From positions 1,076,136-1,087,684 of the forward strand of contig JAQGDQ010000026.1 in NCBI GenBank assembly GCA_030141605.1: DNA of 11,549 nucleotides, read 5' to 3'. Source of the DNA: Tubiluchus corallicola. Its lineage: Eukaryota > Animalia > Priapulida. Position numbers and translations under genes: made by a program. Under the pieces are notes generated by a model. That model searched no databases, had not been told where the DNA came from, and was given only the letters and a program-made list of their open reading frames with translations. Shown here piece by piece: positions 1 to 10,192 of the stretch; position 1 is the first letter of the stretch; each line of letters starts with the position of its first letter.

Positions 1-120
<120 letters not shown>

Positions 121-716
121 GAGTTTATTTCGTACAAAAATATACAGTTTACAAAGGTAAAGATGTTAGAAAAACAGGTAATGCGATATTAGTAAAGTAA
201 CATATCTACAGACATTCAACTTTATAATAACCACACATTGTAGTTCCCTTGTAATTATATTACATTATACAGTGTAGTAAGGAGCTCTATAATAGATATC
301 TTAAAACATAATCTTTAAATGAGTTCTTAACCTTTAATTTTACATTTTCGTTTAGATCTACAGTACAACCATATTTAAATCTTAAATTTACTTGACTGTT
401 ATTTACATAGTAGCACAGCTTTGGAATTCTCAATGTGCAAGAGTTTACAATTTTTCTCGCAAAGTAAATATTAAATAATTCGCAGGCATTGTGCCACAAA
501 AATACATTAACAATTTGACGCTTTCATTTTGTCTAAAATCGAATATTTTTCTATAACCAGTGTTCCATTTTACCCTAATGGCATTAACTTCATTGTTTGA
601 TATACCCCCAATTTCGCATTCGTATAACAAAATGGGTAGACAACATGTATTGATCAGAGTTTTAGCTACTATGTCATTACTGCTACGGCCCATACTTGAG
701 AGAATATTGTTCACTA
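121..716 (-). mobile_element. 5'-truncated, frameshifted non-LTR retrotransposon (LINE) 3' end, RTE-X-like: ORF2 C-terminus plus 3' UTR
   Basis: Minus ORF 714-445 reads NNILS...CCLPILLYECEI...VKWNTGYRKIF...ESVKLLMYFCGTMP. This resembles the post-RT region of RTE-X-type ORF2 (LP.LLYG.E.W ... WN...R.IF). It probably continues by frameshift into ORF 499-287 (LRFKYG...KVKNSF), then an AT-rich UTR, AATAAA and a triplet-repeat tail. Clade assigned from recalled motifs only. Confidence 0.8.
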
Positions 717-919
717 TTCAATATACCTCACACAACACATAGTGGGCTGTAAAGTTAATTATCGTGTTATTACTATTTTTACAGGCTACACGGAATTTCA
801 TAAACCGTTTTATAAACTGCTTCCTAGGTACTTTGAATTATGAGGATTTGTCCTCTAAGATGGGACTATGCAAAAACGTGTTAGCTGCCATGTTGGAATG
901 CATAATCATTCTTCCCAAC

Positions 920-1260
920 AAGAATTCCATTACTAAGCAAGCAATATAACTTTGGAATTCATTACCGACATCACTAAAACACAGCAGCTCTTTATCAATA
1001 TTCAAGTCTAAATTAAAAAAACATTTAATGACTCGTTTTGAATATCCAACATACGAACACGATGATACTTACTCAAATCATAATTTCATTTTTCCTAGAC
1101 CTTACTAAACTAGTTCTAATTTGAATTTCTAGTTGCACTTATAGTTTAGCTTGCACCAGACGTATTTGCCCAGAATAGTGTATGTTTTTTATATGAACTA
1201 ACACTGATTGTCTGTCTTTTATTATGATGGTCAATGTTTTAAAACGGCAAATAAAGATTT
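920..1260 (+). mobile_element. CR1/L2-group LINE 3' fragment, copy A (heavily 5'-truncated)
   Basis: Translates as KNSITKQAI*LWNSLPTSLKHSSSLSIFKSKLKKHLMTRFEYP...PRPY*, containing the WN.LP...SL..FK..LK..L signature of CR1/L2-group ORF2 C-termini. Followed by 3' UTR, AATAAA (1250-1255) and a (TAC)n tail. Near-identical reverse-complement copy at 5541-5893. Confidence 0.9.
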
Positions 1261-1566
<306 letters not shown>

Positions 1567-2346
1567 AGACAAAGAAGTAACACCACAGATGAAACCACTC
1601 AGAATCTCATAACTAATCAAGGCATTGTTTAACTGTAGTCGTTGAAGCACAAACATATGGGTAATAGCTATTCACTTTGCCACACAATACACGCCTGCAC
1701 AACTATATTATTGGTGAAGAACATCAAACAAAAATAAATCCATAACAGACGTGCAAAAAATAAAAAAGGAACAAGCAATAGCAAATTAACGAGCATACTG
1801 AAGCAGAATTTACTAATAAATGAACTTGCTGACATATCACAAATCAACATGCACGCCTACACAAAAACACGCATATGCATATACAGTTGTAAAAATCAAT
1901 AATTAGGCATCACTGTAACACTATCAGAAACTATTAAGCTGACAAATAAATTACTGAAAAGCTTTGCATAAAAATGAAGAAACATATGAACTTACAAACG
2001 TTTGAGGATCTGTAGGAAAAACTTTAAGCCAGTTTTCAGAAATCTACAGAGACATACTGATTTTACAACAGTTACATACTGACCACACAACTACTGGATT
2101 CTATACCACTAAAACAGGATTTTTCCCTATTCTAAGGCTATCTAACCTCTCATACAAGAACGGCCAAGCATGTCAAACAAACGCTACAGGTAATGCAAAA
2201 ATGAATAATGACGCTCTAGAATCAACACACCTGGCTTCACTGTACCAATGCTAGCCTGAGAGATAACACAGTAATTTACGAAATGATTTATTCTGTTTCA
2301 GTAAGCCTTTTCACAGTTTCATTGTGCGCACGCGCAGTGTAACACA

Positions 2347-2410
2347 GCAACGCGTCTTAACTACAACAATGACGTGACATGTGTGTAAAACAAAGCCGTC
2401 GCGGTATCAT
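2347..2410 (-). repeat. Inverted copy of the distal half of the ~120-bp module found at 3602-3852
   Basis: gcaacgcgtcttaactacaac...acgtgacatgtgtgtaaaacaaagccgtcgcggtatca aligns to the reverse complement of 3789-3852, with about 10 mismatches and 1 gap in 64 nt by manual alignment. Confidence 0.85.
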
Positions 2411-2579
2411 TTCAGTAACTTCAGCTGTTTTACGTAAACTTTACTTAATTATGCATTAGTCTGTGATTTACTAGTAGGTTCTTGCTTAGAACAAGAAAAA
2501 TGAACAAGGTAAGGTTCTAGCTAGCTGTTAAAACTGTTACTATTATAAACAGCATGGGCTGCGAGTCGTTGTCACGCAA

Positions 2580-3003
2580 GTGTACACAAATGCGTTGTCA
2601 AGTGTACACAAATGCGTTGTCAAGAGTACACAAATGCGTTGTCAAGTGTACACAAATGCGTTGTCAAGTGTACACAAATGCGTTGTCAAGAGTACACAAA
2701 TGCGTTGTCAAGTGTACACAAATGCGTTGTCAAGAGTACACAAATGCGTTGTCAAGTGTACACAAATGCGTTGTCAAGTGTACACAAATGCGTTGTCAAG
2801 TGTACACAAATGCGTTGTCAAGTGTACACAAATGCGTTGTCAAGAGTACACAAATGCGTTGTCAAGTGTACACAAATGCGTTGTCAAGTGTACACAAATG
2901 CGTTGTCAAGTGTACACAAATGCGTTGTCAAGTGTACACAAATGCGTTGTAAAGAGTACACAAATGCGTTGTCATGTGTACACAAATGCGTTTTCTGGTA
3001 CAC
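2580..3003. repeat. 22-bp minisatellite, consensus G(T/A)GTACACAAATGCGTTGTCAA, about 19 head-to-tail units
   Basis: Units start every 22 nt from 2580 to 2976 with no spacers. Internal units differ only by T/A at position 2. The last three units carry extra substitutions. Confidence 0.98.
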
Positions 3004-3047
3004 TTAACCTTTGACCTTTTCACGATCATGATCAATCGCAGGAACTG
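3004..3047 (-). repeat. Inverted copy of the proximal half of the ~120-bp module
   Basis: ttaacctttgaccttttcacgatcatgatcaatcgcaggaactg matches the reverse complement of 3617-3660 at 41 of 44 positions. Confidence 0.9.
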
Positions 3048-3601
3048 TCAAAGGCCATTCATTGTAAATTATTAATTCTTTGCAGTTGTTTAGAAACAAA
3101 CTGGCACAAATAACAATTTACTAAACACCCAATTTCTCCATCATAGATTAATATCAGCCATCAGGACGCCTATTGTGCCCGACGATAGCAATAGACGTTA
3201 TACAATAGAACTGGCTTGAAGCCACAGAAAGTCAAAGGGCAGCACCGAGTAACGAAAGTAATGAATGAAGCACTTTAGCCGCTACAGAAACCTGTATAAT
3301 ACTAGCATCACCGTTACATTAATGTACACTTAAGAAGAGGAGAGGAAGTCGAGTCCTTTTATCTACATGATAGCTATTGTATTCATTGCTAATGATAGTT
3401 GAGACGTTCAGAAAGCAAAATTTCAAGCGCTACTCGTGTAAATATCCGTTTTTAATTGTCTCCTAAACGTGTTTGCATTTGCGGCGAAGATACAAAGACG
3501 TGCTTTCTCGCTGTACTCAGTCAAATGCGCTGACACACTGCCAATTCTGGTCGTCTAACTATGATCTACTGGGCAAAAATAATCTGAGCATTAAGTTTTT
3601 T

Positions 3602-3852
3602 TAATAAGTCTTTTCCCAGTTCCAGCGATTGATGATGATTGTGAAAAGGTCAAAGGTTAAACTGATGCGACAGATGGCTTTACTTTACACACGTTACATT
3701 GCGATTATAGTTAAGATGAGCTGCTTCTAATAAGCCTTTTCCCAGTTCCAGCGATTGACGATGATTGTGAAAAGGTCAAAGGTTAAACTGATGCGGCAGA
3801 TGGCTTTGCTTTACACACATGTCACGTTGCGGTTATAGTTAAGACACGTTGC
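3602..3852 (+). repeat. Tandem duplication of a ~120-bp module (period 126), unclassified interspersed repeat
   Basis: Units begin taataag(t/c)cttttcccagttccagcgattga at 3602 and 3728 and align through ...ttatagttaaga with scattered substitutions and one small indel. Confidence 0.93.
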
Positions 3853-4999
3853 CAAGGGTCAATTTAACCTTTCACCTACAGCAACTGCCCGTGTGCATAG
3901 GGAAACTGTGAAAAATTATTTTTTCAAAAATGACTTACGTGAAAGAATTATTACCGCACAAACACAATTTCATATTCGTGCCACTAGTTCTTCACTGTTA
4001 CATGGATTTCGCCATTCGCTAGTTAGGCGGGCACTAGCGCCACCCTTTCGGAAACGCATTGCACGAAAAACAAGGACCTGTACCTCTCAGTTCAGATGTG
4101 CTAGTTTGTGACGTCGACACCTCATGCGGTAAATTTGAAATTTGAATTTTTATCTTAAAACTTGCCTAGTTTTAGTACTACAATTATCTTACAGTAGCAC
4201 TGTACTTCAACTTTCGCTCTCGCAAATACGTGCAACACGCTCGCGGAACATTTTTGATGCTGAAAATTATGTTAGTTTGTGATGCCATCAATAGTTGGGC
4301 ATGCCCACCGTTAATTAAGTTTTTAATCTATTATTTAATTATCAGAAACGCGCTAGCAGTATTAGTCGTGTTAAAATGTATACTTTTTATCGGATTTGAA
4401 AATGGGATAGTATATGGAAAATCATCCTGTCTTCCTTTAAGGCGCCCCAGGCTACATCCTATCCTGGATTATAGGATAATCCAACTCTGGTGGCAAGACT
4501 GCATTATCCTGTGGAATTTTCCAAAGCTGCACTTGATGATTACAATTGTTTTACATCTTTGTGATTTGTGAAATTGAGGTTCGTGTGTAGAACGGCGTCA
4601 GGAACACATAAAGATGAAAATAAATCGGCTTAGAGCAAGTGAGATGTTTGCTTTTATAAAGAGTCAATTACTGGCTTCCCAGTTAGTAATTCCTTTAAGA
4701 CATCATTAGCACAGTAACAATCACGAAGCCAGAAACAACTGCTTAGTCAATACGTCGCCTGAAGCTAGACCGTTTCCTGGAATGTTATTGTCTAAGACTG
4801 TCACGTGAGGGAAATGGATTCTCGTTGTAGGTGACAGGATGATTGACAGCTTAAGCACCTGAGCGATGGTTCTAATAGCCATTGAACTGGTGCGTGGAGA
4901 GAATGGTTAGTTAATGATGCGATTAGAGTCGCCATCTCAGTCGTATTCAGATAAAAACTGAGCAAAGTTACTGCTGTCTGTATAGGATTGTTGCCATGA

Positions 5000-5421
<422 letters not shown>

Positions 5422-5526
5422 TCGCAAATACACTTCAATATACGGGTTCTTTAAAACACAAAAAAACCCTCAACTTACATAATGCATAAAGCATTTTATA
5501 CCACTTACCTACTGCCTTTTAGTGCC

Positions 5527-6047
5527 TAGTAGTGGTAGCAGTAAAATCTTTATTTGCCATTTTAAAAACATTGACCATCATAATAAAAGACAGACAATCA
5601 GTGTTAGTTCATATAAAAACATACACTGTTCTTGGCAAATGCGTCTGGTGCAAGCTAAACTATAAGTGCAACTAGAAATTCAAAAATAAAATATAAACTA
5701 GTTTAGTAAGGTCTAGGAAAAATGAAATTATGATTTGAGTAAGTATCATCGTGTCCGTATGTCTGATATTCAAAACGAGTCATTAAATGTTTTTTTTTAA
5801 TTTAGACTTGAATATTGATAAAGAGCTGCTGTGTTTTAGTGATGTCGGTAATGAATTCCAAAGTTGCATTGCTTGCTTAGTAATGGAATTCTTTCCATAT
5901 TGATTGTTCGTTCCAATGTTTCTTAAATTTAGTGTTCTGTTATTCATACTGGGGTTTTTAAGAAGTGGGAGCTTATTGTTTTTGAAAAGAGAATTAATAT
6001 TGTTGATATATTTATAGAGAAACAGGAGAGTTTGATAATCTCTGATA
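5527..6047 (-). mobile_element. CR1/L2-group LINE 3' fragment, copy B (longer than copy A, with a short degenerate TAC tail)
   Basis: Minus translation YIRDYQTLLFLYKYINN...NRTLNLRNIGTNNQYGKNSITKQAMQLWNSLPTSLKHSSSLSIFKSKLKK, then a frameshift in an A-run (9 A versus 7 A in copy A). Same 3' UTR as copy A, with AATAAA and tail TAC-TGC-TAC-CAC-TAC. Confidence 0.9.
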
Positions 6048-6052
6048 TAGTA

Positions 6053-6272
6053 ATATATTAATACTAATGGAGAGTTGATAAGATCTTTTTGGATTAAATT
6101 GATGTCCTCCTTGTGGTTTCTTTTCTTTCTTCAATGCTTCTATGAAAGCTAATTTTAATGGGCTGTCATCTGGTAGTCGCATAACATGTCCTATCCATCT
6201 ATCTTGATCTTCTCCTTTTGATTTTAACTGTTCATTCCGCTGCCTTGACTTTCTTATACGAATCCTGGTTTC
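6053..6272 (-). mobile_element. Decayed RTE-clade LINE fragment (ORF2 C-terminal region)
   Basis: Minus translation with stops and frameshifts: NQDSYKKVKAAE*TVKIKRRRSR / RWIGHVMRLPDDSPLKLAFIEALKKEKKPQGGH / LIQKDL. This matches the RTE pattern N..LY......I..RR.RW.GHV.R...GRP...W...I..DL. Confidence 0.82.
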
Positions 6273-6276
6273 ATAT

Positions 6277-6934
6277 AGGACAAGAAAAGGGGTACCTAAA
6301 GTAGGCTTCAGAAAAATCGCCTTAAAATTTTGTTTACTTTACAGCAATTTTATGCATATATGGTACTCGCGCTAAAAGGAAATTTGTTGTTTGCTTTGAT
6401 TTTAAATCTCCCGCAAGCTCCGACAGCGCCATTACATGACGTCACTTACGCACAATATAAATCAGTGGAAGAAAAGGAAATGACAAATTATGGCCCAAAA
6501 AACTTTCCATTCAAATCTATGTTACTTAGCAGTTCGCTTACCTGCTGGAAAGACTTGTGTAACTAGAAATAATAATTTAAAATGTTCGTGCCAATTGATA
6601 AAATGTCGCTGACTCACCTCCAGGATGCGCCACTTACTAACAAAAACGTATTTTTAATCGTATTGATAAGATACAGTAATTTAAAATTTACTTAGTTAGT
6701 GAGGTGTGTGCTACGCATGCTCTAATTATTTTTTCAAACTTCACACAATGTTACCTAACCTTGTATCAAGCGATCTACATCAAATTGGCTGCACCTGACG
6801 GTCATCGCGAGAGTTTAAATGTACAAGTTTTAAACAGCGTTACTGCCGACGCAAGCCCTGCATGCAAAAAAGCAGTTAGTAAGTGGTATAGAATTTCAAG
6901 GCTACTTTATGTAAGTAGAGGGTTTTCTTGTACC
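6277..6934 (+). mobile_element. Non-autonomous DNA transposon, Kolobok-like (TTAA target), copy 1, about 660 bp
   Basis: Starts AGGACAAGAAAA and ends TTTTCTTGTACC followed by TTAA (6935-6938). The left flank reads ATAT rather than TTAA. Collinear end to end with 8098-8766. No transposase ORF. Confidence 0.75.
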
Positions 6935-7496
6935 TTAAAAAACGATGAACATCATTAATCTTAGCCACTCTTTGTTTGAAAAATAAATAAACCACACCAA
7001 GCAAAGAAAATAAACAAACTTTAGTCTTTCATTATTAGTTACGAAAACGGAGTAGTAGGTTTATAGCTCAATATAGACAAATAATTTAACAGGGATTTTG
7101 TGCTTTTGCTGGGTTTTTATAACCCAATAATGTTTTTTAACGGTGGGTTTTATAACCCAGTACCTGCGTAATGTGTTGACGGGAAAATCGTTGTTTCTCG
7201 ACTGAAGATTTTGCAACTTGAAGACAGATTATGTTAGAAGTTGTTTGAAAGATTGTATACAGTCAAGATTCTAAAAGGCTGATGTGTGGGGAAAATCAGT
7301 CGGAATTTAAGTTGTAAACTTTATTCAATCTAGTTTTTTTACGAAAGCAGCTCTAACGAAAAGCGACTTGATCAAAAGCAGAACAAAATAAAGCTGGAAC
7401 TAAGATTTGCCCCCCCCCCCAGACTTTTTGGAGGGGAATGAAGCTTAGAGATGAAAAAAGAGGTGGAAGAATTAATGAAAGCGAGGCAATGACTCC

Positions 7497-7894
7497 TAGG
7501 GGCGAGCATTCTCTAGTAGAAAACGAATTCGAATCGAATCGAATTTGCGACTTTCGAATTCGATTCGAACCGAATTGCAGTTTTTCGAATCTGAATCAAA
7601 TTCGAATTGAGTTTGAAAGATTTTCGAACTAGTTTTCGAACCACTAGTAAAAAGTGGTCTTACAAAGATCATCCATATTGCTTCATTTTGTTCTGCAGTA
7701 AAACCACTATTAGGTTGTTAAAAATTTTGCACAAAAACTGCAGCTAATTCGTGCTAACTGTATGCTATTTCAAGTATTTTAATGATAAATCACGTATGTT
7801 GCTGAAGTGCTGATTCTATCATTTTACGTTCGAATCGAATTCGAACTAAAAAAACTTGTTCGAATCGAACTCGACCGTTCGAACCTCACCCCTA
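7497..7894. mobile_element. hAT-type MITE with TAGGGG termini, 398 bp
   Basis: TIRs TAGGGGCGAG / CTCACCCCTA (9 of 10 match). Exact 8-bp TSD ATGACTCC at 7489-7496 and 7895-7902. Dense subterminal CGAAT/TTCGAA repeats at both ends. An 8-bp TSD with TAGGG ends is typical of hAT elements. Confidence 0.9.
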
Positions 7895-8097
7895 ATGACT
7901 CCTAATATAGATATATCGTCTTTATTTGCACTATAATTTTTACAAGAAACGATTACAATGCATTTAATTAGTAATAACTTGAACATATATTTTTATATAT
8001 AACAATACAGCATAAACATGTTGAACTGTTAAACTGTTACGTAACAAATATTCTATTTCATTGTCATCTAAACAATCTATATGGTTCTCACCATTAA

Positions 8098-8766
8098 AGG
8101 ACAAGACAAGGGGTATCTGAAGTAGGTTACGGAAAATCGACTTAAAAATTATATCATTTTATAACAGTTTTATGCGTATGTCTTACTCGCGTTGAAAGGA
8201 ATTTTAGTTTGCTCTCATTTTAAATCTCCCGCAATACTGTTCCGAAGTCGCCATTACATGACGTCATGCACCAAACGTAAATGAAGGGAAGAAAAGGCAA
8301 TGTTAAATTATGTCTCAAAAGACTTTCCGTGCAAATCTTTATTACTTAGATTTTCGCTTACCTACTAGAAAGACTAGAAAAGAAAATTATTAATTATTTA
8401 AAATGTTTTCACCAGTTGGTAAAATGTCGCTTCACCCTCCAGGGTGCACCACTCACTAACCAAAAAACGTATTTCAATCTTATCGACAAGATACAGTAAT
8501 TTTAAATTTTACTTAGTTAGTGACTTGTGCGCTACGAATGCTCTGATTATTTTTTCAAACTTTACAAGATGTTATCTAAACTTGTTTCAAATGACCTGTC
8601 GTGAAAATGTCTGCGCCAAACGGTCATCGCGGGAGTTTAAATTTACATGTTTTATACAGCGTGACTGCCGATTGAAGTCCTGCACGCAAAAAGACAGTAT
8701 GTAAGTGATATAAATTTTCAAAACGAATTTTTTAAGCTTTGTGTTTATGAAGGGTTTTCTTGTGCT
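8098..8766 (+). mobile_element. Non-autonomous DNA transposon, Kolobok-like (TTAA target), copy 2, 669 bp
   Basis: Flanked by TTAA on both sides (8094-8097 and 8767-8770). Imperfect 12-bp TIRs AGGACAAGACAA / TTTTCTTGTGCT. TTAA plus purine (AGG) termini fits Kolobok rather than piggyBac, which has CCC/CAC-type termini. Confidence 0.82.
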
Positions 8767-8975
8767 TTAAGTGTCCAGTGTAACACATGCGCTAAGTAAT
8801 GCTCAGCAGTATAGCGTAAAATCTTTCGTTTATTTACATAATTTATGTTGTGACTAATGGTCGTATTGAAAGTATATTTGTTGAGAAGCTACAGAGCTTT
8901 TAAAACGGCATTGTCATGATTGTTTACAGTATTATGCAACTTTACAAGACGAGGCCAAAGCAAAGTAGTTTCAGC

Positions 8976-9268
8976 CAGGGCCTATTTCAGCGGGGGGAGG
9001 TGAGTGGGGATACTTCCCCGTGGCCTCACCCTCCAGGGGTGACAAGTATTAAGGACTGGTCTTAAGAATAAAGCAGTTTTTCTTTCAATTGTTCTTTCCT
9101 TTAACAACTGTATAACTCCATATTTTCTCTTCGAAAATGCTTCTCCGGCGTTCTAGCAGTTCAAAAATTTTCTGGGCGCCAACCATGGTGCCTGCGCTTC
9201 GCCCCCCCCCCGATGGAGCCTCACACGCCCCACTTCCCCGGGCCTCGCTTAGGCTGAAATAGGCCCTG
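8976..9268 (+). mobile_element. hAT-type MITE with CAGGG termini, copy 1, 293 bp (strand arbitrary)
   Basis: Perfect TIRs CAGGGCCTATTTCAG / CTGAAATAGGCCCTG. Exact 8-bp TSD GTTTCAGC at 8968-8975 and 9269-9276. Confidence 0.95.
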
Positions 9269-9884
9269 GTTTCAGCAATTGTAATTATCATACTACAATG
9301 TGAGTTGTATGACAGGTTTAACACTCGTCGAAGAACTTTCCTAACATTTACAGCTGACACAGTTTTAAAGAAGCATGACCTATAATCGACAGTGCAGACA
9401 GTTTATCTTCTTATACTGTGCCCAAGTAGGCTACGACATTAGGGCTTTTGAAAATGAGAAAGTAAGTTACTATGTGAAACTAAACGCTTAGACTTGAGTG
9501 TTGTGTCTGGATAGTTGAAATTTTCTGCATTAGCCGATTTCACAGAAGTGTTACTGTACATTGTCACAGTGCAAACACTGCAGTTACTGAAAGCTTTTTT
9601 CAACTTTTCTGTCAAAAATCGATTTTTAATTTGTTTAAGGTAAGCAAACACACTTCATGTATAATTTTGCATGAAAATCTATTGTATGAGGAGTAGAAAG
9701 CTACAAAAATTATCAAATATAACGTAATCGCTGCTTCGTGAGAGCAGTTTTTCATGGACCCGTGCAAAGGTATTCCTTTAAAGGTTTACGAGTAACACAA
9801 TAGTTGTTAAAATTTAGGCAATAATCTGCATACGATTTTGATTATGATACAGTTATTTCAATTGTCTACTACGTCATGTGTGAT

Positions 9885-10108
9885 CAGGGCCTATTTCAGC
9901 CTAGGCGAGGCCTGGGGAAGTGGGGCGTGTGAGAGGCCCCATGGGGGGGGGTCAAATTTCTGAACTGCTAGAATGCCGGAGAAGCATTTTCGAAGAGAAA
10001 ATATGGAGTTATACAGTTGTTAAAGGAAAGAACAATTGAAAGAAAAACTGCTTTATTCTCAAGACCAGTCCTTAATACTTGTCAATACTGGCAAACGGTG
10101 CGCGTGCG

Positions 10109-10192
<84 letters not shown>

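Noticed and set aside
2554-3014. 22-bp array as a CRISPR array, or as a Cys-rich repeat protein (three overlapping ORFs)
   Set aside because: Units are head-to-tail with no spacers, and there are no cas genes. All three + frames are open only because the 22-mer has no stop codon and cycles through frames.
4230-4571. 113-aa ORF
   Set aside because: GTG start, hydrophobic composition typical of random AT-rich DNA, and no recognisable domain.
4420-4844. 12-bp inverted match aatcatcctgtc / gacaggatgatt
   Set aside because: It does not extend and has no TSD. A few 12-bp matches are expected by chance in a window this size.
7524-7884. GAA/TTC clusters as heat-shock elements
   Set aside because: Spacing is mostly TTCGAA or direct CGAAT repeats, not the alternating nGAAnnTTCn pattern. 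Better explained as hAT subterminal repeats.
6330-8704. Short ORFs in the Kolobok-like copies (6330-6566, 6704-6958, 8444-8704) as a duplicated gene
   Set aside because: Their similarity reflects the shared MITE sequence. Reading frames and stops are not preserved between the copies.
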